Source: Dipteris shenzhenensis
Lineage: Eukaryota
Strand: one strand, 5' to 3'
NCBI GenBank assembly: GCA_047967505.1
Contig: CM106538.1
Length of the DNA stretch: 64,000 bases
Shown: one piece after another, positions 47,357 to 61,523 of the stretch
Numbering within the stretch: the first letter of the stretch is position 1
How the letters are laid out: every line of letters begins with the position of its first letter
Notes under the pieces: generated by a model
The model's input: only the letters and a program-made list of their open reading frames with translations
Database searches by the model: none
What the model was told of the DNA's origin: nothing
Translations under genes and position numbers: made by a program

Positions 47357-47895
47357 TGCATCAGCACTGAAAGGAAACTGGTGTTCTTGTAACACCAAGC
47401 GCAGATGCTTCTAGTGGTTCTTTTAAAGTATGTGTGATGGACAGGATTGCCTCTGCATGTCCTGTTTGTAGAGGGTCCTTTATTTGGACTGTAAGTGGCT
47501 GTGCATTCGGGGCACGTCTCGCGGCTGGAAAATATTTTGTATATAAATTTGAGCTGTCTGAATAGACGAAGTTCTATACAGAAATATGAATGCAGCATCA
47601 TTTTTTCGATGTTCTTAATCTTAAAGGACATAACTTGTCACAATGCCTCTTAGCATAATTGGCTAAGAGTAGCCATTTCTGGGATCCTTTCCCCTTCTAA
47701 CATATGGCTAGGTATTTTGTAAACCTCAATGTGGAATAGAGTATCAGTGCCCTCTCTTAGAACAACCATCCATTTTAAACTTCCATTCTTTCAAAATGTT
47801 TAATCTAAATTTTGAATATGCATTTAAACTGAAAGGAAAACTGGTGCTCTTGCAACATGCTTCTAGCGGTTCTTCTATGCATGAATGATGGACAG
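47357..47895 (+). pseudogene. Two decayed duplicates of the MED16 terminal exon (47357-47493 and 47819-~47895)
   Basis: Copy 2 retains ...WTG...ACPVCRGSFIWTV versus ACPICGGSWIQIV. Copy 3 retains CI*TERKTGALAT versus CIRCGRQTGSLAT. Both have stops or frameshifts. Confidence 0.7.
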
Positions 47896-50109
47896 ATCTC
47901 CTCCTGTGGCTGATAGGGGCAGTTAAATAGAGAAACAGCAGTAGTGATTCTTAAGGACTGACATCTCTTGCATTTGTAGAAGCTGCAGAGTCGCTGGTGT
48001 ACAAGTTTGTATGAACATTGACAAGGACCTGCAAATGATTTACCTGCAAACGAAATCACAAGTAGGTTCGAGGTTATGAGATTGAGTACCTTTTTTTATT
48101 TGTACATGCAGTCTTAATTCTTAAGTGGGGTGGCTCTGAAATCCCAATGGCATGAATCCCAATGGGCCAAGCAAGTGTGCTTCTTTCTCACAATCTTACA
48201 GCGTAAGGTTAATGCCATTGAAGAAAGAAGCAAGAAACCACACTAGTGGGCCAAATACCTCATGCTCTTTGTCCAAGATGAATTTGCACACAATCATTTT
48301 GTCTTGGATTGGTTTTCCACTTGTCTTACTTGCTTGTAAATCAAGTAAAAACCTACAACATTCATAGGAGATTACAAAAGATGATAAATTGACTCCTTGG
48401 TTTCCTCACATCATGCACATGTACCTAGAACCAAATGTGAAGATATTACTAACCTTTAGTACTGTGCATTAACTTTTGTTGAAAGCAAATGCACAAGTTG
48501 CAACTTACATACAAATGCCACCGATCTTCAACAGGAAGCCCTCGAGTTTTGAGGGCAATGTGATCAATTGCTTTCCAAAATCATTCAGGTTGAGGGTTGT
48601 GAATGATGATTTGTTTAAGTGATGTTAAACAGTGACTAGATGTATCTTGAACAAGCTCATAAAAGGCTAACCAAATGAAAAACATGTTTATGTAAATAAA
48701 TAAGAGAACATATTATGATTTTTGTTGCCAATTGTCCTATCATAAACTTAATTATATGTAAAATCTTAGTAGTTGCTTCAATAACAAAGGAGCTTTATGA
48801 TGTGCTAGTGAGCTTGACCCAACAATTGACGTAAGTTTAAAATTAAGCTAAACAAGACAATTCAATTTCCATTGGTCTGAAGTTCGTCTGAAGTTCACTC
48901 TTGATCTTCACTATGTTAAGCACATTAAATGTCAAGTTTAAATGTGTTTTTCCTTGCCAAATGGTTTGTTTCCATGTTAACTCATAATGTATACTTGTTT
49001 TGGAGAGATTTTAAATGAGTAGCTATGTTGTATTGTTTCGAGTTTATGTTGTAGCAAGAATTTTCCTCAACGTTGATACAGTTTTCTCACAAAAGTTCTC
49101 AATGTACCTATTTGAGTTATTGAACTCACAAGCATTGTTAGCATCACGCAAGCAACTCATACAGCAAAGCCCAACTAAGCATCTCAAGATCTATAAGCAC
49201 TCTTGAGGATCTCTCCATGGATCTAGTCATGAGCAAATGTAGTCAACCAATGTGGTTTTAAAGAGGCCTTCAGGCTTGGCCCCTATGTCTTCATCAATGA
49301 GATCTTTCCATGGATCTAGTCATGATCAAATGTAGTTGACTAATGTAGTTTTAAAGGAACTTTTAGATGTGGCCCATATGTCCTCCTCAATGAGAAATGC
49401 CAACATGAAGCCATGTACTCGATACTTGTACTAGCTAGCTGTAACAAGGCTTAGTTTAGCAACAACTAACATTTTTTCTACCAAAGACAAAAGGATGGTG
49501 GTGCAGAGGAGCTATTGGAGAAGTATTGCAAAGCAAATAACTCGAAAGATGAGCTCAACATGAAAAAGAACAGGTTGGTGGCTAGCTGAATGGTTCTAGC
49601 ACTGCCTCCTTGCTTCGTTGCTCCCTCCCGCCATAGCCTCTCCTTCCCCTCATCTCCTATCGCTAAAACCCAATATGATTCTTTCCCATAACAAAATAGA
49701 TAGAAAAACATGAAATTCTCACCATCCTGTGCATGATGGAAGTCATGCAAAAGCTTCCTTAATCTTGCAAAAGTCATGCAAAATGAGAGTCTTGCTTCTT
49801 ACTGAGCCAAGAGATACAAGTTGAACCCAAAGAGAAGCAATAGCCAGAAGTGGATCTTCTATCATCAATGTCTCGTCATGATAGAAATAATCAAACGTAG
49901 ATTGAAAGCTCAAAGCTGAATTTACAATCACTTATCCCATAGAGCTTGGCGACAGAGCATGGGAAAAGAGAAGAGAGAAGCACCACACATAGCACTAGCG
50001 CTCGAAAATAAGGGCTAGAGGACCCTGAAGGTCTTTATTGCAATTGAAAATACTTTGTACAATTGATTCTGAGAAGAAAATGAAGCTAAGTATCCTAGGG
50101 CCTTTCTTT

Positions 50110-50609
50110 GATAGACTAGGCCTAGCAAAAAGCTAGGGCCTGCTTTCTACTTTTACAAAAAATCAAGCCTTTTAGGCTTCCTTTTTAAATTTGGTGCTCT
50201 TGGCGCCTTTTTGTATGCTTTCTAGAAGCTACTTTTACAAAAAATCAAGCCTTTTAGGCTTCCTTTTTAAATCTAGTGCTCTTAGCGCCTTTTTTATCTC
50301 GAGGGCCCTCCTTTTAAAGAGGTGCCCCCTTGTCCATGCTTTTAGACCTCATGGGACTTGCACTTTGTGCTTTTCTCCCCACTCTTGGGTCCTTTTTGCA
50401 CTCTCTTAGGTTCTACACATTTTAGAGGTTAGCAAAATGCATGCATTCCTAGTTCTTAGACTAATCCTAGCCTTGGGAGTTCCCATAGTTCTCTTTTACC
50501 AATGCAAAGCAAAAGTAAAACAAAGCTTTTTCTAGTTAACTAAAGTCAACTTTCTTGACCATCATCAATGCAATAAAGATTCATCTTTATGTCTTGGGAG
50601 TTGGTGACA
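50110..50609 (-). mobile_element. LTR-like repeat D, second copy, inverted relative to 22816-23282
   Basis: Reverse-complement similarity over ~470 bp, with an internal ~80-bp duplication. Left boundary uncertain. Confidence 0.7.
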
Positions 50610-50611
50610 AT

Positions 50612-52900
50612 CGCCTGCCTCCTCCTCCCTACCCCTTCGTTCACCTTCACCCCCGCTTTTTTCCCTCTTTTCTTCGTGCCGCCTCTTCCCATCTTGTAGG
50701 TTGCTTCAACTTGTTTCCTTGTAGCTTGTTAACAGGTCACAATTGGACTAGGAGAGTGTTTTTGGTTGTTTGTGCTGGTTCTTGGGAGGTTCTTAGCTCT
50801 CTTGTAGCTCATTTCTGCGCTCGTGCTTGGCTCGTGGAGGTTTGCTAGTTGTCTCTTGGTTCATGAGTGCTTGGTGTAGTTTTTTCTTATTGCTTCTTGT
50901 GTGCATTGCAGCTTTCTTTGTGGCCCAATTCCTTGCTGAGCCTCATCACCTTTTTGTGGCATGTTTTTCTTAGCAATGGCTATAGGCCTTCACCTCAGCC
51001 CTCTACTGGAAGCCTTTTTGGCTCGCTTGGTCTCCTTTCCAGTGAGTTTTGCAAGCTTGGAGCTGCCTCTTCTGCCCAATCCCTTGGCTAGTCCCTCTAT
51101 GGGAACATTGGTCCTCTTTCCCATCTTTCTTTCCCTTTTTTCAAACCCCTCCCCTTCTTTTTTCGCGATGCAGAGTTTTATTATTTTCAGCCTCGGAGAA
51201 AAGCTTGGTGGTGACCTTTGTATGGCAAGAAGGGTTAAGAACAAACAAAAGATTAAGAATCCAATTCAACCACTTTAGGATAGAGCCTTGTTGGACAAAG
51301 TTGTTGGACTCACACCTTCAAGGAGCCAGGTGTAGGATTGGATCCAGGCAAGCTTAGCAATAGATGGGGAAAATATTCAAGAGGCCATTACCTACAGGAG
51401 GGGAATCTTCATTCTCTAGTTGAACTCCCCTAACATCACCCTGGCCCTAGTGGAGCAAAGTCCCATTTTCTTTGGCCTGCACCTTGTTTATTTCATCCCT
51501 TGGTACCATGGGTTCACAATTGATTACATGGACGCAACAAATCATGGGCCTCATTTTTCGTGACACTCTGCTTCCTAGGGCTTTTGAGGGAGTACCGACC
51601 CATTCTTCCCTCCATTGGGGGAGCTTTTAGAAGAGGGCTAGAACCTTTACCAGCCTCAATCATAGCAAATGATGGGATCCCTCGACTTAGTTCATTATAG
51701 AGTGTCCTGAGACCCTTTTGGAGGAGATCTTCCTTGAGACGCTTGACAGAAAAGAATTCAAACAGAGGATTGAGGTTTCTAGTTTACCAAATTAGTGCCT
51801 GTGTTTTCAAATAGATGAGTCACTTGGCACTTCCTTGTCCCAAGGGGCAATGTTGGGCTCCCTCTTCTACACGATCTCGTTAGGGGAAGCAGAGGCAGTT
51901 TCGTGCCAACAGATCCTATTGTCCATCCAGGCAGCAACAAGAGTCCTAGACCCCCTGGATGGAGCCTTTAAAGGGGGTTTCAACTAGGGTGGAGAGAAAG
52001 AAGCCTGACCGCAAGAGGGCCGCAAAGAACTGCAAAGGGAGTAGGCGAGTGGATCCCACTCGAGATGTCCACGAAATCTTGACGGTGAGATATTCTTTGA
52101 TCTCCTGATAGAGGAACGGCCTAGAGTACTTAGGCTTCTGCTCGCACGCCTGAACTCTCTCTACCGTTGCAATCAATGTCACCACCCACCCTCCCTCTTG
52201 CTAGCAATTCCTCCTGTTTGATCCTCCCGCCCTTCCTCCCCAAAGCCCCAATGTCCTCCCATTCCTAAGCCTTCGGGGAAAGGCAAGGCTAGGACTTCTT
52301 CCTTTCAATCTCAGGCTTCCTCCACTCAATCCTAGTCCCCAGCACAAGATGAGGCTAATTGCACTTTTTCTCAACTTCTAGGTCCGATCCCTTGTCCAAG
52401 TTAGCCCCTCTTGAGCAAGTTCTAGAGCCTTGAACCTTGGAACTACCGTGAGATCCCAAAGGATTACCCCCATGCCTTGAAGGTGACAGTTCTAATCCTG
52501 TAGCCCTACAAGGGGGGTTCCCCGGGGCAATTCATACCTCCTCTCATCTTGTTTGGGGTTTCAACTGTGCTTCTATGAGAGAGAAGTGGACCTCGGTGCA
52601 TTTTTATCTCATGATGAGGGACCAAATATTCCATACGTGGAGTGACTGGGAGCCCAAGGTAGGGAGTGTGGATTCCCCCAAACAGACAGGGACTCAGTCT
52701 GGTAATAGGTGTGCTCCAAGTGGGGCCAGAGGTTAAGCTTACACAAGTTACACACTGGATGCTACAATAGTATGCTATCTAGCTTGGGATAGAGCTTCAT
52801 GTTACATTGGGCCTAGAAGGTAGGCATTAAGATTGCCCTGCGCATCGTCACACGAACGATGACTAGTCTTCCAAATGCCCGTCAAAATCACAGACATCCG
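50612..52900 (+). mobile_element. Highly degenerate L1 5' UTR plus ORF1 (family C-like)
   Basis: C-rich start, then remnants GRGIFF, IPWYHGF, DGIPRL, and SCLGVSTVLL...LSHDEGP resembling the family-C ORF1 extension. Confidence 0.6.
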
Positions 52901-54690
52901 CAGTTGTCATTCAGGCTCCCATCCACACAAGGGGCTTGTTTTCCAACTCTCTCTCCTCCCCATGAGGTGGACCATGGTGAGTTGCAACATGAATGGGCTC
53001 CACGATCATGTGTGACAGGTAGCCACATCAGCTGTTGATACTTCGCCAAGAGTTGCAGAGGGTTGTGGTAGGTCAGGAAGTCAATGCTCAATTGAATTCA
53101 GGAGCATATGTTTTTAGCATTTGATATTTGACATGTCACCACCTTCTTCCTTGATGGAATAAGGTTTGGTCCCCCCCATACTAGGCAACAGTTGAGGTTT
53201 ATATTTCTGTTTTTGAATCTATCTTGTGAGCTCCCAAACATATCCTCTACATTGCAGATCAGCCCCATTGACAATGTGGAATCATCTCCAACACTATCTA
53301 TGCAACCGTGTAAACTACCATCTACCCACATCTACTCCAACCAACGGCCCATGGGCAAGCCTCCATGCACCACCATCTATAAGAAATAGGAAATCTTATG
53401 TGGCCTAAGGTTGGTCCAAAGATATGACAAGTTAAACTCTAAGGGAACCTGCTGCTCAACCAAATTATGCTCTCTCAAGAGGGTTCAAGATATTGCCTCC
53501 AACTGAAGACGTTAGCCTATGTGAGTCATGTTAGAGAAAAAGAGCACCTGTTCCACCTTATTTAAGTGCACTAGATTGAACAACCGAGAACCGCTCATCG
53601 AGAATCTCTTGAAAAGGTCAATTCTCCCCAAGCCAAAGGCACTACCTTGCCCTTTCCTATCCTTCCAAGACTTGCACTAGTCGATGGTCCAATCCTTGCC
53701 CAAGTGACCAACAACCCTGACCCTCTACCAATCGAATGAGACAAAAACTCATGGTCCTCAAGGTATCTTATCATATGGGGCTAAAAACATCAGTAGGATC
53801 CACGGGACTGACGCAAAAAAGTGAATCCTGAGAGGCACAACAATTCTAAAAAATTGTGCATACCAATGATGGGGGGTTGAGGCACTGCACAATCCCTCCC
53901 ACCATGACTTGGGGATGATCGCATTGATCATTCTAGTGCTTTCCCCCCTCATATGAGAAAGTGCCTACCCTCATGACTCTACCTCCATGGGCAGGTAGCT
54001 CTAAGTCCTAAAATACCAAGCTTGGCCACTATCCCAGTATGCCCAACCAATGTGTGTCCACTTCCCAAGCATGAGCCCTCATGATCTTGAACCTCCAGGT
54101 GCCAAATGAGTGGCTACCACTTAAAAATCTCTGAGCACGTGGGCATGGCTTAAATTAGTCCTCTAAAGAATCAGTGCCCAACCTTGTAAAGGTTCCTCAT
54201 CAAGATGGAGCCCTTCCTTGTGAGGGGATGCTTGAGAAAATTCACCTATGGGACTACTGCTATTGTCCTCCTATACGAGGGTGTGTTCCTAAGAAGCAAG
54301 AGCTTCAAGGGCTTGAAGCTTGGGATGGGACCTAGTGCCCAAAAGAGTTCTAGTCTGTATCTCCATCTCCTAGCTCTAGTGTTCTTAATACCATACGAAC
54401 CCCCTATAAGAAATTATGCATAGGGCGCCAACTACTGTGAAAACAATAGAAAGAGGCTATATACCATGCCATCGCCAGGAGGCCTATTTGGCCATGAGAG
54501 CCCAATCTACTAGAGAAAGTCTGTCCCAACTCTAGTACAGAGCTTGCGCCTCACTCTCTCCAACACTAAGGTAATTTGCCGCTTTATTGAAATATCAATG
54601 CCAACTCGACAGCTTAAGTATCTCACTGTATGCCCTTGTGGAATACATTGAAATCCAAGCACAACCCCCAAATTGTGGACCTCTTGGACC
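52900..54690 (-). mobile_element. Degenerate L1 ORF2 (post-RT) remnant
   Basis: Minus-strand LGFQCIPQGHTVRYLSCRVGIDIS...VLERVRRKL is homologous to LGFRWIPRGQTTRYLGFQVGLDIT...SIRRKL in L1 #5. Confidence 0.65.
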
Positions 54691-54789
54691 TCCTCATTTT
54701 CCTTGAGGAAGTCTACTTGTTGGAGTCTCTTTCGACAACCTAAGATTCGATGTGGCTATTAGACAACTGCCTCTAGAAGGCAGTGCATT

Positions 54790-55438
54790 GCTGTCTGCAA
54801 GCAGGAGTGTACATTTTTGGTGGCCAACACATAGAGGAGGATCCAGTAAGACTTCACTTGGGATAGTTACTTGTATAAAAGAGGGGGTTCATGCCTTCTC
54901 CATTGACCCAACCTCCCTAGCCTACAAGATCTAAGGCTAATGAGTCTTCAAGATCGAGGCACAGGATGCGATGCCTCCTTCCTACCTGCGTCCTTTGCCT
55001 TTACTAGAGGATAGTGTTTGGGAGAAGGTGTCCAAAATCATACTTGCAACATCTAGGTTGCTTCTTGCGATTATGTGGAGGCCATCGGGTTCCCCCAGCA
55101 GCCACCCTCATTGCCATCTTGCAAGATATCACCTCCACCTTGCGTACCATTTAGGACTGCTTCAGGTTCTAGAGCGGACACCAAAAGGCAGGATTGTTTC
55201 TGCAAGGTTTGGCCTATAGGAATCGTTTATGTCATCACCGCAAGAGGTATTCGATGGATGTATAAACCTCCAACTTGGTTGTTAGCTTTGTTTTTTATAG
55301 ATTCTTTGGAAATAGACTAGTTTCTATCTTATAGCCAAGTTGTCTTTTCTTTATTTCCCCATGATTAGCACCTCCCGGGTTGCTGATTTGTATGGTTGTT
55401 TGTTCAAGCATTAAGTTCTTTTCTCTAGAAAAATAAAA
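54790..55438 (+). mobile_element. Degenerate L1 3' end
   Basis: FWWPTHRGG and GIRWMYKPPTWL resemble family A/C C-termini (FFWLSIHGG, WHYAPPPWL), followed by an A-rich tail. Confidence 0.55.
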
Positions 55439-56329
55439 GTGAGAAGTGTTGTAGCAAAGAAGTATCCTATGAATCCCCTTACTAGAGCAAGTCCATCTAG
55501 TTGAGAGCCTTGGTTTGATGTGGACATCCTCACACAAGTTAAGAACATGATGTGTAATCCAAAAAGCAATCAATTTAAGCCAATTGATTGGCTCTCAATG
55601 TGTAACTTAAGGTCTTTATGGCTTTTGTGTTGTGCATTTTTAGAGGGCCAAAATATCATCTACTTTCTCTCCATCCACCAAATCCATTCTAGAGAGGAGA
55701 GTTATTGGCTAAAAGTTCCAAGGCAATGAAAATGACTCATTGCCTTCTAAATCTTAGATGCTAAGATGCAACTATGATGTGCAGAGCTAGAAGGTACAAT
55801 ACTAAACCCCTTGTAATGATCACACTCGTACAAATCAAGCAATATAATGTTCATATCACTTTAATTTTAAAAATCAAAATCTCATCGAAGTGGATTATAC
55901 TTCACGTGATTACATGCTTCCTTTAGGCCCATTTTATTGGAGAATCCCCAGAAGGCTCAGATCTTGTTCCATACTCTTGTGCTATTTTAAGCAATCATTT
56001 GGAGAGTGGGTTGACTTCTACTGGTATGGTAATAAATAAGACATATCCTCTTGGAAGAGGTCTATCAAACAAAGTAGAAAAATCTACAATGATCAATGTC
56101 GATAGGATCATCAACCCCACTTAATGGTGTAAGGTATTTTTGTAGAGTGGGATAGACCACCTTGATAACAGCCTATGTGGACTTGACCATTTAGTCGAGT
56201 GGGATGGATTTTGATATCAGGATCGAGGGGGTGTTTGGGAGGTCCTTAGCCTAAGTAGCATGGGGGTCTAGCAGGGTGGCAACCCCCATAGTGACCTAGA
56301 GATAGTGGTCTCTGTTAGCCCTCAACCTG

Positions 56330-57060
56330 ATGGTATGACTTGTACGATCTATAGTTGTCTTAACAATGCAACTTCTAAAGGATATATAGTCAACGAGTCT
56401 AATTGATCTGCATGGTGCATTATATAATAGTGGCTCTCATTTTCTTAAGATAATCCAATATTCTAATCTCTCACTTGTTACAAACAATTAATATTTTGAA
56501 CATTGATGTGATCATTGAATTTGTGGCAGCTTACATTCAATGCTTTGCAACCAACCTTGCTTTATAGCATTTTACTAATGCTTCAAACTTATAGGCACCT
56601 TTTCAAGCCTATATCTTTCTTCCCTAGTGGCAAAGGCACAAGTTCCCATGTTTCGTTGCGTACTAATGCATCCATCTCCTCATCCATGGTAGTTTCCCAC
56701 TCAAGTTGTCCAAATGCCTCTCGGAAACATGTAGGTTCCTCATGCTACACTTGAGAAACCATATATGCATAGTGCATCCTCATGTACCCCACATCAACTT
56801 GTCAACTGGGTATCTCACCCGTTCCAACCGTCTAGATTGTAATGCATTTTTTCTTCCATTCTTGCATGTGCTAGCACATTATTTTCTACTTGTGTTGTGC
56901 TTGGTGTCATGACATGAGGCAAGCTGAGCTCCTCATCAGGGCTTTCCTCACTTGAGCTCTCTTTAATTGGCTTCTTTCTTTGCCTTATTTCAAACTTTTT
57001 TTTTGTGTCTCTCAATCTCCATGCATTAACACTTGTGATTTTCAATTGCTCTTGTGGTCA
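56330..57060 (-). mobile_element. Ty1/Copia RT N-terminal remnant
   Basis: Minus-strand MDEEMDALVRNETWELVPLPLGKK and KARLVAK. Confidence 0.8.
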
Positions 57061-58126
57061 TGGCACATCCTCAACATGTTGTCTACAATAAGTACGCACA
57101 TCCTAGGGCTGATTTTCCTCGTAATCCTCAACCTCTATATGTTTTAGTCATACCAAGACTTGAACTCACTGAAGTTCACATCTCTACTCACATAAACCCT
57201 CTTGTTGAGTGGGTCATAGCAAGTGTAACCCTTCATCTCTACAAGGTGTCTAAGAAAGATGCATTTGACTGCTTAGGCTCAATCTTTCTCCTTACTTGTG
57301 ATCTATAGGAGATTAAATTAAAAGATCACTTTGCTTATAGATGCCATGTGTACCATGTGAGATTTGAGGTCGGCACATGATCTTTGCAGAGTTGGATACA
57401 AACATCCCTCCAGCCTCTTAGTTTACCCGAATCAAAGCTATTTGATGACCTTCATTCATGAGGCCGTATGATATAGAGACCAGTTGCTTAGAGCACATAG
57501 ACGAGATCAAGGTACTAAGTCAGAATCCACCTAGAGCATAGACGAGATCAAGGTACCCAGTCAGACTCCACCACCTAGAGCATGATCGTTGAGTCTTTTT
57601 AGTAGGATAGCATGGACCAACAGTCTCCAACGAAACATCATAGTCGATGCCAAGAGCAAGAGACATGATAGACATGTCACCATGTAGATGCACAAATAAG
57701 GCTTGGAGATATGACCTCCATGTTCACGAGATAACCAACACAACCAATGGGGGTGACAATCGTGTCACTTGTTTGATGGAAGGTCATGGCTAGGAGACCA
57801 TAGTAGACCATGCAAGCCACCCAAGTTCAATGAATAGATGTCGCCAAACACCCACCATCACTAGAGCCTCTCTACCAAGACACTCTTCTCCATTTTGAGC
57901 TGCTTAGTGGACTTCGTTTCTCATATAGCATACAAAGGACCACCACAGTTCCCATCCTCTCCATGGGCTTAGATAGTTTGTACTAGTGTTTTTGTGTTTC
58001 TGTTTGTCTTGGGGTATTGTCTTGGGGTATATGCTTGTTTAGAGGCTCCACCCACTTTGCTCATAGTATTTGGGTTTTTTCAATCTCATAGGCCCTTCAG
58101 TATTTAAAAAAATAATAATAAACTCT

Positions 58127-58177
<51 letters not shown>

Positions 58178-58599
58178 CTCAAGAGATCCCCTTCGGAACG
58201 TCCCTTAGCTTGCTCCTTCTATCATGCACCATTGCAGGACCTCAAGCTATGGCCCATTTTGGCTAATAAGACTTGCCCCTGCAGGATCTACCTCCTCTAG
58301 GCTATTCTAGCCTCTAGTAGCCTTTAGGCTACCCACTAGTGACCAACATTGTTACGCTAGATTCCCTTTCTTCATTGGATTCTATTCCAAAGATGTGATT
58401 TCGGAGCCTACTTACACTAAAGTGCGACTCACTAGAATCCTAACTAGGATTCCCCCACACTCCCAACTGCGAGGTGAACCTTTTCAATCCCCTCTAGTAG
58501 CAACCCTTGCACTCCCACTCCCACCACAGGAATTAGATTCATAAAGTTGGGAGCTATACAAGGCAAAGGTGACATCTGTCCCCTCTAAAATCAATAAAC

Positions 58600-60460
58600 T
58601 CTTGCTAGAAAAAGTGAGAGAATCCATGTTGGATGAGATGGTCTCCATCAGCGCAAGAGAGTAGCCCTAAAAGTAAAGAAGCATACCATTAATGGAATTC
58701 CACTGACCAAATTGTCAATTTTGGTCATTTCTTGATGGAGCTGAATGTATTTCGTTCTATCCTAACATAATGAAGGGTATATCTATCATTTTATTATTGT
58801 CTATACTTGGGATGCATTCTTTCATGGCTACAAGATGATAATAGGTGTGAAATGGTATGGTATCATGAAGATAATGGATGATGCTCCTTTTTTTAATGTC
58901 ATCTCACGAGATGAAAAGGCCAAGGAAGTTCATGACTTCAGTCTGAAGACATGCCTTGGGTCCTACGTGGATGGAATTGGCATCCAACGGGATGCCTTTG
59001 AGAATAGAGGGCTATGGAAAATAGTGGATCGTCAAGTATCCATTATTAAGGCACTTCACCTACTAGAGATCCAAAGAACTCAAGAAAGGAGAGTAAGGGA
59101 AGCTAGGCTTCAGTGCCTTGGAGTTTTTAAAACATGAGAACATCCTTATTTTGCCAGGCACATGTACTAGCAAATGCATCCAAAGAACTTCATGTAAGCC
59201 AATGTTAGCTTCCTATCATAAATCTTCCTAACTGGTGACATATCATGAATGATAGCAGTGGGTGTCTTGGTTATAATATGTGCTACAATGTGCACGGCCC
59301 CAATAGTTCATCGAATTTCATGGACATATCCTTCCCACCATTGTTGGATCTTAAGCACTTCACATATGTGCCAAACTCCTTCTTGGCTATTGTCCTAAAC
59401 TCAAGAAATTTATCCAAGGCCTCACTTTTATGCTTCGAAAAATACACCCAAGTCATGTGAGCATGATCATCTTAGAATATAATGTAAAATTTGGCACCCC
59501 CAAGTCACATTCTCTGGCATGGTCCCGAAATATCAATATGCACAATGTCCAAAGGTCTAATGCTCAATCTCCCCCTCTTTAGAAATGGGAGTCTACTTTG
59601 ATTTTCAAATTGGCATGCCTCACAAACATGCTAAAAATTAATAAGCCCAAATTTAGGAAGACCGCACACTATGTCTCTAGTCTGCATGTGCTTCAACTTC
59701 TATAAATTCACATGGCTAATTCTTCTATGCCATAACTCCACATCACAATTTTTTTCATGTCCTTTTTCAACACTTGTGTAATAAGTGTTTTGCATCCAAT
59801 GCATTTCTTCCTTCCATGACTATTAATCTACCCGGTGTGTCATTCTTAAACTGCTCATTAAAGCATCCATACTTATTAAAACTCACTTGCATATCCTACT
59901 CAATTATCGGTCCAACGCAAGCTATATTCTTTGTTATGGTTAGCACATAAAGTACATCTCCCAACTTATTGTGACATTCATCTCTTGTGGGCAACGGTAC
60001 ATCCCCAATATGTGTAATGGGATGCATAGTGTCATCTCTTGTGGCTACAAATTCTTCACTCAACATAGACCGCTTATGCTCAAATCATTCCTCATGGTGT
60101 GTCATATGATTAGTAGCACTTGAATCTATGAACCGATCATCGTCACTCGATGGCTATGACGTGCTCCCTATCACATGCTTCATTGCAAATTGATGTCTTC
60201 TTGATCCTCTATCATAATATTGGTCCTTGTGTCCTTTAACATATAGGCTGATAATAGCATTCATACTGCACATGTCCATACCCACATCCATAACACTGTA
60301 TATCCTATTGTGTAAGCCTTATATGCGGCCTCTACCTCTACCACAAGGTGGTGCTCTCCTCATGTCTCTAGGCATGAAACTACCTCACCTCTGGGCATCC
60401 TTGACCAGCTCTACTAAATCCAAATTAACACACTGCCAAAATGAGGCTGTTTCTAATGTC
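58600..60460 (-). mobile_element. Ty1/Copia protease-integrase remnant
   Basis: Minus-strand FIDSSATNHMT (protease), HIDISGP and TWVYFSKHKSEALDKFLEF...KCLRSNNGG (integrase). Confidence 0.8.
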
Positions 60461-61386
60461 ATAAGATGAATAAGGTAGGTTTTTGGAGCTTTCTCTTGCT
60501 ACTTTCCAACAATTTTTGTGATAGTTTTAGCTTCGGTCTTGCCATCCATGAACTAAATTTGGCCTTGCCTCTCTCATAGATGCAGATTTTGCTACACTTA
60601 AGTGTCTCAAGTAGTTTAGAAGAAGGTATCACAAGACCATAGTGACTGCAATGGAGAGTAAAGTTGAAATGGAAGACAACAAGTTTCACTGACTGTGGCC
60701 ATGTAATGATGGAGTAGCAAGTATTGAACCTATAGAGACACTTGAGAGTGTTTTTTTGTAAGTGTACCTTCCTCAAATTGCACACATCTTGGATTCCTCT
60801 AGACACTTTTGAATTAATGCAAGGAATGCATTAGACAAAGACCGTGCTCGGCATCCCACTCATCACAACATGATCTCCATGAGACTGTAGGAGATGGTGC
60901 AGAAAGCAATTCGAGATTCAAGCGGACAAAGTTATATTCTATCCTACCCCTTGTGCTTCATATGCTTAGGAATTTAGAATCTATGATTTATACCACACTG
61001 GTGGGCATACATTATGTAGCAGCGTTGTACTCAACTTTTGTGAGCATTTGCAACTAGCATGCCTTGCATAAGACTTTAGCTAGCGTGATTGACATGGCTT
61101 GTTCTTCTCCATCCTAGAGAAGAGGCATTCCAACAGTGCCTTTTGTACAAGACGTCCATTCTTTTCTATCTTAACCTGGGTCAAATGCAAACGTTTCCCT
61201 TGCCAGCCTTCAAGACAGGTTACTATACAAACCTATAAAAATGATACTTTTTGTCTTTCCTAGCTAGCCTTCAAGATAGGTTACAACATTACAAATTTAC
61301 CAAAATGATACTTCTTACACAACGAAGAGATTTGCAAGCCAATATTCCAAACAATTATTGAGGCTTTGATAGCACACTATAACTAC

Positions 61387-61390
<4 letters not shown>

Positions 61391-61427
<37 letters not shown>

Positions 61428-61437
61428 TTGTGCATGC

Positions 61438-61523
<86 letters not shown>
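61391..61523. repeat. Compound (TG)n(CG)n(TG)n microsatellite
   Basis: Directly visible. Other SSRs: (CT)n at ~21125-21160, ~46204-46232 followed by (CA)n, ~46781-46822 and ~58128-58175. Confidence 0.97.
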
